A stretch of DNA of 64,000 nucleotides from Spirulina sp. (GTDB lineage: Bacteria > Cyanobacteriota > Cyanobacteriia > Phormidesmidales > Phormidesmidaceae), in contig JBIPSI010000007.1 in assembly GCA_044070495.1 (NCBI GenBank), positions 64,001 through 128,000 of the forward strand, read 5' to 3'. The notes beneath the pieces were generated by a model. That model saw only the letters and a list, made by a program, of their open reading frames with translations. It had not been told where the DNA came from and ran no database searches. The number at the start of each line of letters is the position of its first letter. Position 1 is the first letter of the stretch. The translations under genes were made by a program, and so were the position numbers. Positions 20,397-32,700 of this stretch are shown here, piece after piece.

Positions 20397-20707
20397 TACT
20401 TCCTCCTGATTTTGCAATCAATCCATTCATTTTCGTCAGGCTCATACAGCGTAATTATCTTCGTTAACTCCGATTCTATCGTTGAAACCTGGATGTGTAG
20501 GGCGCGACTATCCTTCGTAAAGCCTAGTAACAGAGAACTGGGCGAATACTTATCCTCTGGATAGTTCTCAATCACAATGATATTTTCACCCGCTTCTCGA
20601 ATTTCTTGTTCACTAATATTTCGTTCAACAGCTCGCTTAAGAGCATGACGAGTAAATTCAAAATATCCCGCTTTCAACTGCCGCTGAATTTCAGAGAGAG
20701 GTTTCAT
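20396..20707 (-). CDS. DUF4258 family putative toxin
   Basis: EFTRHALKR..RNI, IENYPEDKYSPSSLLLG, LHI, IITLYEPD..W. Confidence 0.85.
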   Translation of the reverse strand: MKPLSEIQRQLKAGYFEFTRHALKRAVERNISEQEIREAGENIIVIENYPEDKYSPSSLLLGFTKDSRALHIQVSTIESELTKIITLYEPDENEWIDCKIRRK

Positions 20708-20812
20708 TTCGTTTTTCCTTACTCTCTCGGGTTCGGACTAAAAACATCACCGCAATGCCAGCCTGTATGCCAAACGCATTATTCTTGGTGCCAGAAGTTT
20801 TAGGATGGTTGC

Positions 20813-21505
20813 TCACGGCAGATTGCGTTGATTGAGTGTCCAGTCGTAGGGCAGGTAGCGAACCTCGGCGGTTGCGGGCACTTGGGGGTTGTATTGGGCG
20901 ATGTAGGCGGCGATGGAGGGGGCCGCTGCCAGAAAGTCTTTCTCGTACCACTGGAAGATTTTGCTGCAATAGAGAATCTTCTGGTCGCTATCGTAGCGGA
21001 CTTTTTCGGGGTTGTTGAGGAAGCGCTGGGCGTCGGTATCGAGCTGGGCTTCCACAATTCCGGGCAAGTAGGCTTCGTTGCGTAGGATGGGGCACCCTAG
21101 GGAGGCGCAGACCAGGGCAAAGTGAATGCGCGGATCGCCAAAGGTGGCCCGCAGTTTGCGGTGTTCGATGTGGTTGAGGCTGAGGGGTTGGCCGTTGAGC
21201 CGATAGACGGGGCGGCTGAGAAACGTCAACAGCCCCAGCCAGTTGGGGATGCCCAGAAGTTTGGGCCGAATGGAGGCGATGGGGTAGCGCAGCAGCACCT
21301 CCTGCACCATCAGCGCGTTGTAGAGATTGAGCCAAAAGGCGAGGTGTTCCTCTGGGGTGAGATCGGCCACGACGACGGTGCGCAGTTCTTCCAGCCAGTC
21401 CGTCAGTAGGGCCATGGATTCCTGTCGCCAGCGGCTATAGTCTACCAAGCCCTGGTCGTCAACGTAGGCTTGGAGGAGAAAGTCCCAGGAGGCAAAGGTC
21501 AGCAT
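20813..21505 (-). CDS. DUF547 domain protein
   Basis: LAFWLNLYNA, SLNHIEH, DPRIHFALVCASLGCP, SKIFQWY, YDWTLN. Confidence 0.88.
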   Translation of the reverse strand: MLTFASWDFLLQAYVDDQGLVDYSRWRQESMALLTDWLEELRTVVVADLTPEEHLAFWLNLYNALMVQEVLLRYPIASIRPKLLGIPNWLGLLTFLSRPVYRLNGQPLSLNHIEHRKLRATFGDPRIHFALVCASLGCPILRNEAYLPGIVEAQLDTDAQRFLNNPEKVRYDSDQKILYCSKIFQWYEKDFLAAAPSIAAYIAQYNPQVPATAEVRYLPYDWTLNQRNLP

Positions 21506-21596
21506 AGGGCAGGCTCAGGGCAGGAAGGGGAAAGACCTAGGGCGACCTGGGCCATCGGGGTAGACGGGCAGGCCTCAGGGCGGCGTTGTCGAGGGG

Positions 21597-22625
21597 TTAC
21601 GCATCGGCCAGGATGGGCTGGGCGGAAGGGGTCTCGTGGGCCTTGAACAGGGCGGCCAACTGTCGGCGCATGACGATCCCCGGCTGATCCGAGGGCATGT
21701 GCTGCTCGGTGACCACATCCACGGGGGTATCGTAGTCGGTGGATTCCAGTACGATCTTGTCTTCGTTGACCACCTGGCGATCAAAGGCAATGATGGCCTC
21801 GGCGCTGGCCTCGGCTTCGGTGTCGTTGCGCACACAGAACTGTACCACCTGGGAGGTGCCATCATTGATGGGGGTGGCCGCCGTAAAGATTAGGTGCATG
21901 AGGCCGTTGGGATAGGTGATCTTGAGGGTACGGCTAAAGGGCACATACCAGGTCGATTCCACCTCGCGCAGGGTGAGGCGGTCGGGGATGTTGAGGATTT
22001 GCTGCTGGAGGGGCGGGTTGACCACGGGCACCGTCGCGTAGGCCTTGAGGCCGAGTTCTAGCGGCACCAGTTCTGACCTAACGGGCTTGGGTTGTTCCGT
22101 CACGCCAAAGGATTCGGCATGGACAATGCTGAAGTGGGCGTTGTCGAAGGAGTTTTCCATCACCCGCAGGCCGCTACAGTGCCAGGGTTCGCAGAATTGG
22201 GGAATCATGCGGTTCTGGGGGTCGTCTGCTTCAGGAATTTCCGGCAGGGGCAGCAGCGGATCGTGAGACAGGCAAACCCACACATAGCCGTAGCGTGCTT
22301 GGCACGGAAAGGCGTCTACCCGATAGGATTTTGGAATCGTCGATCCGGCCTCTAGCTGGGGCACGCGGATACAAGCGCCTTCACGATTGTAGGCCCAGCC
22401 GTGGTAGGGGCAGCGCACACCGCCGTTTTCCACCACGCCCATCGACAGCTTGGCGGAACGATGGCAGCAGCGATCCCGCAGGGCAGCGGGTTGTCCGGTT
22501 TCCGTGATCCACAGCACGAGGGATTGCCCCAGCAGCGTAAAGGACTGGGGGCCAGCGGCCAGATCGGCCAGCGGCAGAACCGGATACCAAAACCGTTGTA
22601 GGACAGGATGTTGGGTCGCTAGCAT
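21597..22625 (-). CDS. Rieske non-heme iron oxygenase (VanA/N-demethylase-like)
   Basis: Rieske motif DRCCHR...CPYHGW; mononuclear Fe site ENSFDNAHFSIVH; VVNEDKIVLE. Confidence 0.9.
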   Translation of the reverse strand: MLATQHPVLQRFWYPVLPLADLAAGPQSFTLLGQSLVLWITETGQPAALRDRCCHRSAKLSMGVVENGGVRCPYHGWAYNREGACIRVPQLEAGSTIPKSYRVDAFPCQARYGYVWVCLSHDPLLPLPEIPEADDPQNRMIPQFCEPWHCSGLRVMENSFDNAHFSIVHAESFGVTEQPKPVRSELVPLELGLKAYATVPVVNPPLQQQILNIPDRLTLREVESTWYVPFSRTLKITYPNGLMHLIFTAATPINDGTSQVVQFCVRNDTEAEASAEAIIAFDRQVVNEDKIVLESTDYDTPVDVVTEQHMPSDQPGIVMRRQLAALFKAHETPSAQPILADA

Positions 22626-22912
22626 TGACGTCTCTCCAAAAAATGGCCCCGGTGCTTGCCTAGTCTTGTGGCTGGTCTAGCCTGATATCGCCATACTTTA
22701 GGGATAACTGTACCCTAGGGTTATCGTGGCCTCAAGGGGACGAGGAAACCTCGCCCCTACGGTTTGCCAGGAGGAGAATCAGGGTTTCTACGGCGGATTG
22801 GTATCCGTTCCCGCCGATCTGCGATCCGGCCCGATCCTAAGGCCGCCGCCCGACCCCCGATTGTCCATGAATGCTGTGCCGAATTTGTCCAATGGGTCTA
22901 CCCCGATTGTCC

Positions 22913-23662
22913 ATGAATGCTGTGCCTAATTCGTCGAATGGGTCTACCCCGGTGCCGGTGATTCGGATGGAGGGGATTTCGCGGGTCTACGGCAGCGGCG
23001 AGGCAGTGGTACGGGCCTGCGACCAGGTGAATTTGGCGATTTATCCCGGCGAATATTGCGCCATTATGGGGCAATCGGGTTCTGGCAAATCTACCCTGAT
23101 GAACCTGATTGGCTGTTTAGATCGGCCCACCAGCGGGCGCTACTGGCTCGACGGGCTGGATGTCTCTAAGCTGGGCAAAACGCGGCTTACCCGGATTCGC
23201 AACCGCAAAATTGGCTTTATTTTTCAGCGCTACGAACTGCTGCCCAGCCTCACCGCCCTAGAAAATGTGGTGCTGCCCATGATGTATGCCGGGATGGGAC
23301 GCACCCAGCGGCGTAAACGGGCCATCCAAGCCCTCACCTATATGGGTTTGGCGAATCGCATGGATAAACGCCCCAGCCAGCTTTCTGGGGGGCAACAGCA
23401 GCGGGTGGCCATTGCCAGAGCGATTGTCAACCAGCCCGCCCTGCTGCTGGCCGATGAACCCACCGGGGCCTTGGATTCGGCCTCGGCGGCGGAGGTGCTG
23501 GCCATTTTTGCCCAGCTTCACCAGCGGGGCATCACCATTGTCAACATCACCCATTCCCACGAAGTCGCTCGCCACAGCCAGCGCATCATCACCATGGGCG
23601 ATGGCCGGGTGACGGCGGATCACCTCCACCCCAGCGACCTGCAATCGTTGACGCCCCTGTAA
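22913..23662 (+). CDS. ABC transporter ATP-binding protein (MacB/LolD/DevA-like)
   Basis: [35 protein letters not shown]; start ATG at 22913. Confidence 0.92.
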   Translation: MNAVPNSSNGSTPVPVIRMEGISRVYGSGEAVVRACDQVNLAIYPGEYCAIMGQSGSGKSTLMNLIGCLDRPTSGRYWLDGLDVSKLGKTRLTRIRNRKIGFIFQRYELLPSLTALENVVLPMMYAGMGRTQRRKRAIQALTYMGLANRMDKRPSQLSGGQQQRVAIARAIVNQPALLLADEPTGALDSASAAEVLAIFAQLHQRGITIVNITHSHEVARHSQRIITMGDGRVTADHLHPSDLQSLTPL

Positions 23663-23756
23663 AAGAAGTCCCCGATCTCCCTAGGGGGAGCGGGGCTAAA
23701 GGAGGAGGGCCATGGCTAGACGGATGTGGTGAACATCCGCCTATAGCGTTTACGAC

Positions 23757-26700
23757 CTACACGTACACCTGCCAACCGGCGGGGGGATCGGGATAGTCGA
23801 TGGTGCTGGCGACGGTGGTGCCGTTCATGGCCCAGGCGAAGGTATCCCCGGTGGTGGGGTTACGCCAGAGCAGATCGGTTTGGTTGTCGCCATTGAGGTC
23901 GGTGGCCCCCCGCAGTTCGTAGGCCGGATCCAGCGCGGGCAGCAGCACACCGTTGGCGATGGTGCCGTTTGGCCCCATTTCCCACACCACCACTGCCGGG
24001 GCAAACTGGTGCTGCCAGACAAAGTCCTCGATGCCATCCCCCGTAAAGTCGGCGGTGGCCACAAGGTCGTAGGCCGGATCCACTGCTGTCAGGTTTGTGT
24101 CGCTGGAGAAGGTGGTACCGTTCATCAACCAGACTAGGTTTTGGCCCGTGGTGGGATTGCGCCACACGATATCGTCAAAGCCATTCTGGTTGATGTCGGT
24201 GAGGGCCGCCATCTCAAAGCTGGGATCCAAGGAGGGCAGCACCACGCCATCCACCAGTTCTCCCGCTTGGAGCGTCCAGATCACGTTAGCCCCCGTGACA
24301 TTGCGCCACAGCACATCCTGGCTGCCATCGTTGTTGAAATCGGTGAAGCCGACAATGCTCCAGGTAGGATCCACCACGGGCAGAAGGATTCCCCCTTGCA
24401 CCGTGGCCCCATCCATCAGCCAGATGCCCATGTCACCGGAGGCGGAGTTCCGCCAGAAGACATCGTTGCGGCCATCGTTGTTGAAGTCTGCCACCGACTG
24501 GATGCTAAAGGCGCTATCTAGGGGGCGCACGGGCAGGCCGTTGGTGAGGTTGCCGGAGGCATCCAAGGTCCAGATCACGTTATCCACGCCGGGTTCAAAC
24601 CGCCAGAAAACATCGGGCAACCCATTCCCCGTAAAGTCCGTAATCGGATAGAGAATCGTGGCGGTTTCGGTGCCGCCGCTAAAGGACTGCCCCTGGTTGT
24701 CAATGGCGGTAACGGTAATGGTGTAGGTACCAAAGGCTTTGTACACCTTGGTGACATCCCCCGGCTGGGTGGCGGTGCTGGTGGTGCCATCGCCCCAATC
24801 CACCTGGAAGGCGACGTATTGGTCATCACCGGGGTCTACGGGGGTACCAATGGTGAGGGTGTAGGGGCTGTTGGCCTTGACGGGGCCAGACCCCGACAGG
24901 GCGATGGTGGGCGGCACGTCGTTGACCGTCACGGTGGTGGTGCCCTGGGCCGTGGCCTGGCCATCGTTGACGGTGACGGTAATCACAAACACCCCATCAT
25001 CGGCGTAGGTGCGGTTAACGGCGGGCAAGCTAAAGTTGCCGCCCCCGTTGTTGACGATTTGGCTGGTGGGGATGGTGGTGGTGGTGCCATTGCCCCAGTT
25101 GACGGTGACCGTGTGGACGGTGGAATCCACATCCACGAAGGTGCCGTTGAGGATGACCGCGCTGCCCTCGTTGATAGTGGTGGTGCTGAGGGTGAGCACC
25201 ACGCTCTCCGGTGCATCGTTGACCCGGGTAAAGGTAACGTTGGCCGGAACTGCTGGCAGGGTGACGGTGCCGTCGGTGAGGGTGAGGGTAAAGCTAGGGG
25301 CTGCCTCATTGCCATCGTGGACAAAGAAGATCAACCCGTCCAGCACATCCTGCTGGCTAAAGGTGGTGATCCCCGGTGCATCGGGTACGCCATCGAGATT
25401 CGTATCGCGGCTAAACTGCCCGCCCGCTAGGCCACCCACCGTATACCGCAACTGGGCCGGGGTGTTGTCGGGATCCACCACCGATAGGTTGGTCGCCGAT
25501 AGCTTCAGGGTGCCCCCCTCGGTCACGGGGAAGGCATTGATCGACAACACCGGCGGATCGTTGGTTGGGGTAAAGATCACGTTGCCTGGGGCTACCGTGG
25601 TGCCTCCACTGCCATCGGCTAGGGAGAGGGTGAAGGCGGCGGGGGTTTCGCTGCCGTTGTGGCGGAAGAAAATCAGCCGATTATCCACATCCAGTTGGCT
25701 AAAGGAGGTGACGTTCGACCCGGTGCCGACATTAAAGAAGACCCCGCCCTGCAACCCAGACACCGTGTAGACCAGTTGGCTGCGATTGGTGGTTTCCTCG
25801 TCGGTGGCATCCAAGTTGGCCGTAGAGAGTTCCAGGTTGCGCCCTTCGGTGATGGGGAAGTTGTTCACCGTGATCTGAGGCAGATCGTTGACGGGGGTAA
25901 AGTTGACCGTAGCGACGCGGGTGGCGGGCCGAGACCCCAGCGGATCGTTGTCGTTGACGGTGAGGGTGTAGGCCGGAGTGAGACCATCATCGCTGGCGGT
26001 GAAGGACACCTGCCCCAGCACCAGTTGGGTGCGGGTAAAGGTATCGCCCGCCGCCAATACGGTGCCATCTACGGTAAAGAAGCCGTTTTGCACCGTATCC
26101 ACCGTGAAGGTCAGCAAGCTCAGGGGCGTATCAATGTCGCTCACCGTGATATCGCTGGTGGACAGCACCACGGTTTGGCCCTCGGCAATGGTGAGCACAT
26201 TGCGGCTAAACACCGGCGCATCGTTCACGCGGTTGTAGGTAATTACCGCTGGCACCTGGCCGGAGGTGCCGCCATTGGGATCCGTGACCTCCAGGGTAAA
26301 GGCGGGCGTGGTTTCAGACCCATCGTGGCGGAAGACAATCTCGTTGCCCGCATTGATCTGGGCCTGGGTGAAGGTAAACACCTCGTCGCCATCGGGGATG
26401 GTGAAGAATCCGCCCCCGGTCACGTTCCGCACCCGGTAGATCAGCCGTGTGGGGTCGGTGGTTTCTTCGTCGGTGGCCCGCAGGTTGGCATCGCTCAGCA
26501 CCAGGGGTTGGCCTTCGGTAATGGTGAACTGGTTCACCGCTAGTACGGGGGCATCGTTGAGGGCGGTAAAGGTTACCGTGGCGGCGACGGTGGTCGCGTC
26601 TCCGTCGGGATCGGTGGCCACGAGATCGAAGGTGGGTGGCGCATTGTTGCCATCATCCACAAAGGTGAGCCGACCGAGGGAGAGATCCACGGCATTAAAG

Positions 26701-29700
26701 GTCGTGGCGGGGGTTAGGGCCGCACCGTTGAAGAAGAAACTGCCGCCCACCACGTTGGTTACGGAGTAGACAATCTGGTCGTCGGGGTGGTCGGGGTCGG
26801 TGGCGTTGATGTTGCTCAAATCCAGGGTCACCGTAGCCCCCTCCGTTACCGTTAGGTTGCTGGCCTGGAAGGTGGGAGGATCGTTGAGGTTCGTGAAGTT
26901 GATGGTGCTAGCACGGGTCACCGTAGCCCCATCCCCATCGGTCACCACCAGGGTATAGGTGGGAGCCTGCTCGCTGCCGCTGTGGACAAACTGCACCCGA
27001 CCATTGGCCACATCATCTTGGCTGAAGCTAGTGATCGCCGTACCGGGGGTAGCTACCCGCTCAAACCGACCATTAGTCACGCTTTGCACCTGGTAGGTCA
27101 GGTCGGCATCCCCCGATTCCTCGTCCTCAGTCAGCAGGTTAGCGATGCCTAGCACAACGGTTTGGCCCTCGTTGAGGGTGAGGGTGTTGACCGAGAACAC
27201 CGGATCATCGTTGACCGGCTCAAAGGTAATGGTGGCGGATCGTTCCGCAAACCCGGTCTCGCTGTCGGTGACGCGCAGGGTATAGGCGGGGGCGGTTTCC
27301 GTGCCATCGTGGACAAACTGGATGGCTGCGGCCTCCACCTGGGCCTGGGTAAAGCTGGTGATAGCGGTTTGGGTGGGGTCGCTGGCGAGGACAAACTTGC
27401 CGCCGGTGACGGTGCCCACGATGCTGTAGGTCAGATCCGCCACGCCGTCTTCCTCATCGCTAGATAGGAGGTTGGCGGTCGTGAGGGTAACGGTGGTGCC
27501 TTCGGTGATGGTAAGGGCGTTCACCGAGAATACCGGATTATCGTTGACGCGGTTAAAGGTAATGGTGGCGTCACTGGGGTCGCTGAGGGCACCTTCGCTA
27601 TCCTGCGCCCGCAGGGTGTAGGTGGGCGGGGTTTCCCCACTGGCCGGATCGTGAACAAACCGCACTTCGCCACTATTCAACTGCACCTGGGTAAAGGTGG
27701 TGATAGCGGTGCCTGGGGCGGTAGTGAGTTCAAAGCGACCATTGGTAACGGCATCCACCACATAGACGAGATCCAGAACGGCGGTTTCCTCATCGCTGGC
27801 CGTGAGGTTGGTGCCAAGGGCATTCAGCACCACCGATCCTTCTTCGGCGATGGTCAGCGTATTGGTGCCAATGGTGGGCCGATCATTCACCCGACTAAAG
27901 TCGATAGTGGCGTTGCTGGGGGCCGTTGTCAGCGGTGCCCCCGACACCGAGCCACCATCCGTCAGGGTGAGGGTATAGGTGGGCGGGGTTTCCGTACCAT
28001 TATGGACAAACTGAATCGCGCCAGCGTTGACCTCCGCCTGGGTAAAGCTGGTAATGGCCGTCCCTGGGGTAGCGACCCGCTCAAACTGTCCTGCGGTCAC
28101 GCCCGTGACCGTATAGGTAACCTGGGCGGGGCTAGATTCTTCGTCGCTGTACTGAAGGTTGGCGCTGCCCAGCACCACCGTTTGCCCCTCGGTGATGGTC
28201 AGGGTATTGCGGGTAATCGCCGGAGGATCGTTGACATCGGTGAAGGTGACGGTGGGGGTGCCCGTTCCCGTCAGATCCTGGGGATCCTTCACGGTCACGG
28301 TGTAGTTGGGCACCACGCTGGTACCGTTTTGCACAAAGCGCACCTGGTTCGCCGTCACCTGGGCCTGGGTAAAGCTGAACACGGCGGTTCCCGGCGTGCT
28401 GGTGAGCTCAAACTGGCCCCCCACCACGCTAGACACCTCAAAGCGGAGTTCCCCAGCCGGGGTTTCTGGATCGCTGGCCCGCAGCACGCCACCAGTGGTG
28501 CCGCCTGTGACGCCATCGCCAAAGATTACCGTGCCGCCCTCGGCAATGGTGAGGGTATTGGCGACGATGGTGGGGGCATCGTTAATCGGCGTGAAGTTCA
28601 CGGTGCCCACCTGGGTGGTGGTGCGCGGAGTGGTGGGGTCGTCGTCGGTGACGGTGATGGTGTAGGTGGGTGGGGTTTCTTCGTCGGCGGGGGGCTGGGT
28701 AAACTGAATATCTCCCAGAATGATGTCCCCTAGGGTAAAGCTCAAGATCGCCGTCCCCGGAGCACTCACCCGCTCGAAGCGCCCCCCGGTCACCGCCGTA
28801 ATATCGAAGCGCAGGTTGGTATCCAGGCTTTCCACATCGGTAGCATTGATGTTAGCGGTGGAAAGCACCAGGGTGCCGCCTTCGGTAAGGTCAAAGCTGT
28901 TGGCCGTAAAGGTCGGCGCATCGTTGACGTTGGTGAAGGTAACGTTGCCGTTGCTGGTCACCACGCCGCCCGTGCTATCGCTAACGCTGAGGGTGTAGCT
29001 GGGGGTTTCTTCGGTGCCGTTGTGGACAAAGCGAATGGTCTGGTCGTCTAGTTGCTGCTGGGTGAAACTGGTGATGGCTACCCCGGCATTGGAGACATCC
29101 TCAAACTGCCCTGCCGTTACGGCGGTGACGGTGTAGACAATCTGGGTTTTGTCGAGGGTTTCCTCGTCGGTGGTCACCAGATCGGGATTGAGGGGATCGG
29201 CATTGAACAGGAACGCCCCCTCTTCTTCGATGATCAGCCGATTGCGCTGCACCACGGGCAGATCGTTCACCGAGGTAAAGGTCACCTCGGCGTTCCTAAA
29301 GGTGTTGCCGCCGTCGCTGTCGAGTACCTGAATGGCGTAGGTTGGGCGGGTTTCGGTGCCATTGTGCACAAACCGCACCCGTTGGTTAATGATGTCCTCG
29401 CGGGTGAAGCGGCTGGTCTTCACAAACACGCCGCTGCCGTCCTTAAGCTGGAACTCGCCCCCGGCAAAGGTATCGTTTTCCACAAACACGCTGGCCGCAA
29501 TCTGCCCCACCACAAAGGTGAGGGTGTTGTCGTTGTCTTCAACGTCGCTGGCGTTGATGTCGGTGGTGGTAATCAGCCGGGTTTGGCCCTCGGTGATGGT
29601 GAGGCGATTGTTAATCAGGTTCGGCGCATCGTTGAGGTTGGTAAAGACAATATTGGCCTCGCTTTCCACCTCGTTCACCCCATCGCTGACGGTGAGGGTG

Positions 29701-32700
29701 TAGGTGGGGGCCGCTTCGTCGCCATTGTGGACAAACTGCACCCGGCTATTGTCGATGTCGTCTTGGGTGAAGCTGGTAATCGCCGTGCCGGGATTGGCCA
29801 CCAGTTCAAACCGCCCACCGCTGAGGCCGCTGACGGTGTAAGTGAGGCCCGTGGCGGGGGTCTCTTCGTCGCTGGTGGCAATGTTGCTGCCCGATAGCAC
29901 CAGGGTCTGCCCTTCGTCGATGGTGAGGGTATTGGTGCCAAAGATAGGGATGTCGTTCACGGTGGTGAAACTCACCGTGGCGGGGCCGCTGGCGGTGAGG
30001 GGTTCCGCATCCCGCACCGTGAGGGTGTAGGCGGGGGCCACCTCGTTGCCGGAATGCACAAACCGCACGTTGCCGTTGAGGATGTCTTGGCGGCTGAAGG
30101 TGGTGGTGGGGCTAAAGGGCGTGGTGCTGCTGGCCCGCCGTTCAAAGGTGCCCGCCGCCGGATTGAGGCCGCTAATGTCAAAGATCAGGGTGTTGTCGTC
30201 GTTGTCGGGGTCGGTGGCGTCGATATTTTGCAGGGTGATGGTCACGACGTCGCCCTCGGTGAGGGTGAGGCTGTTGGCCAAAATCCGAGGCGGGTCGTTG
30301 ACGTTAATAAAGGTAACCACGGCAGAACTGGGGGTAGAGAGCAATCCGTCGCTGACGGTGTATTCCAACACAGGCACAATGTCTTCGCCACCATGGACAA
30401 AGGTGACCCGACCACCGTCAATGTCGGCCTGGGTAAAGGTAGTTTGGGTGGTACCACTCACCTGAATCACGCCGCCTTCGATGCGGGTAATGGTGTATTG
30501 CAACTCACCCTCACGATTCGTCAGCGCCAGTTCTTCATCGGTGGCGCTGAGGCTCGCACTGGTGATCAACGTCGGTTGGCCCTCGGTTACCGTAAAGCTG
30601 CGGTTGCCGATCACCGGGGCATCGTTGACCGGAATAAAGGTGATGTTGGCCGGAGTGGTGACTACGCCGCCAGTGCTGCCATCCCGCACCGTAATGCTGA
30701 AGGCAGGGCGCGTTTCGTTACCGTCATCAATAAAGGTGACGCGCCCCTCAATCACATCCAGCAGGTTAAAGAAGTTGTCGGATCCGCCCGCCACGGCAAA
30801 CCGTTCCCCCGTTGCTAGGCCAGTAATCTCAAAGGCGAGGTTGGGGTCAAAGGTTTCAATGTCGGTGGCATTGAGGTTGGCCTGGGTAATCAGCAGCGGC
30901 TGCCCCTCGGTGATGGTGAACTGGTTGGCCGTAATCACCGGCAGGTCGTTCACCGCATCCAGGAATAGGTTGACCACCACGGTATCTACGCCGCCGTCGC
31001 CATCGCTCAGTTCTAGGGTAAAGAAATCGGCCCCAGAGACATTCGGGTTGGGCGTGTAGCGAAATTCCTGGGGTTGTCCGGCCACGGCGGGCAGAATCGT
31101 TACCGTGCCCTGGTTGGGAGCTGCCGAAACGCGCCACTGCAAGGTATCGGTCACCCCCGGATCCTGTGCTCCTAGGGAGAAGAGAATCGGGGTATCTTCC
31201 TGGCCCAGGGGCAGGGTAATGCTGGGGGGCACCGCCGTCCCACCCGCATCGGTAATGGTGGGGGCCACGTTGTTGACGGTGATCGCCTGGGTGCGGCTGG
31301 TCATGGCCCCAGCGGCGTCCTCCACCATGACGGTGACGGTGTAGTTGCCCTCATCGGCGTAGGTGTGGCTGCGGGCGGGCAGGGTGTAGGTGGTGCCCGC
31401 TAGGGTCAGATCCGTGGCGGCTAGGGTGGTCACGGGAGTGCCATCACCCCAGTCAATGGTGACCGTGTGGCTGTCGCCGCTGTCTACGTCCGTAAAGCTG
31501 CCCGTCAGGCTAATGCTGCTGCCTTCATTGATCGTGGTGAAGTCCGGGGTAATCGCTAAGCTCGTCGGATCGTCGTTGACGGGCTCCACATCCACCAGCA
31601 CGTTGATGATGCTGACCCCGCCGTTGCCGTCGCTGACCTGAACATCAAAGCTGGTGTTTTGGTCAAAGTTAGCCGCTGGGGTAAAGACTAGGGTTTGGCT
31701 ACCGGAACCGTTGGGGTTGGTGACAAAGGTGACGGTGCCGTTGGGGGGCTGGGCCACCACCGACCACTGGAAGGTCGTATCTGCCGGATCGGTGGCGTCC
31801 AGATCGAAGGTGAGGGGGGTGTCTTCGTCGGTGCTGAGCGCCAGGAATGCCCCCTGCACAATGCTAGGAGCCACATTGGCCACCGGTAAAGATAGGGTAT
31901 CGCTGACGGTCAAATTGGCGGAATCCCGCACAATGGCGCTAATGGAGAACGCCCCAGCGCCGCTATCGGCTAGGTAGGTGTGGCTGGTGGTAAAGCGATA
32001 GTTGCCGTTGCCGAGGTTGGTCACATCGCCGTTAGACAGCACTACGGCGGGGGTGCCATCGCCCCAGTTGATGGTGACCGTAAAGGTATCCCCCAGGTCA
32101 GGGTCCGAGAAGATCCCGGTTAGGGTGAAGGTATCCCCTTCGTTGATGGTTGCCACATCCCCTAGGATATTGAGGCCCCTCGGTGGGTCGGGCTGGGGCA
32201 CCACGGTGACGTTCACCACAATGGTGTCGAAGCCGCCATTGTTATCCGCCACCTGCACCTCAAAGGTGTCGGTGCCCGCAAAGTCGGGGTTGGGCAGGTA
32301 GGAAATAATTTGGTTGCGGCCCGTGGGCGAGGTGGAAACGCTGGCCGTACCGTTGCTGGCCTGGTTGAGAATGTCCCAGGTGAGGGTATCCAGGCGTCCT
32401 GGATCGGTGGCATTGAGGGTGAAGGTGGTGGGGCTGTCTTCGTTTACCGAAATCGCCAGCGTTGCCCCCTGGGTAATGGTGGGCGGCACGTTATTGACCA
32501 CTACGGCAACGGTGCGCGGGGCTGAGGTGAGGCCGCTGGCATCTTCCACCGTCATGGTGATGGTGTAGGTGGCGTTGTCTTGGTAGGTGTGGCGCAGGTT
32601 GGCGAAGGAAAAATTACCGTCGGCATCGGGGCCAGCCAGGTTTGCGCCGCCGATCACATCGCTGGTGCCATCGCCCCAACTAATGGTGACCGTATGCAGA

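Noticed and set aside
22703..22725. NtcA box upstream of the Rieske gene
   Set aside because: GTA-N8-TTA does not fit the consensus; kept only as an unassigned palindrome
24900..31000. Possible CRISPR or DNA-level tandem array
   Set aside because: Periodicity comes from diverged protein repeats; no identical repeat-spacer units and no cas genes in the window
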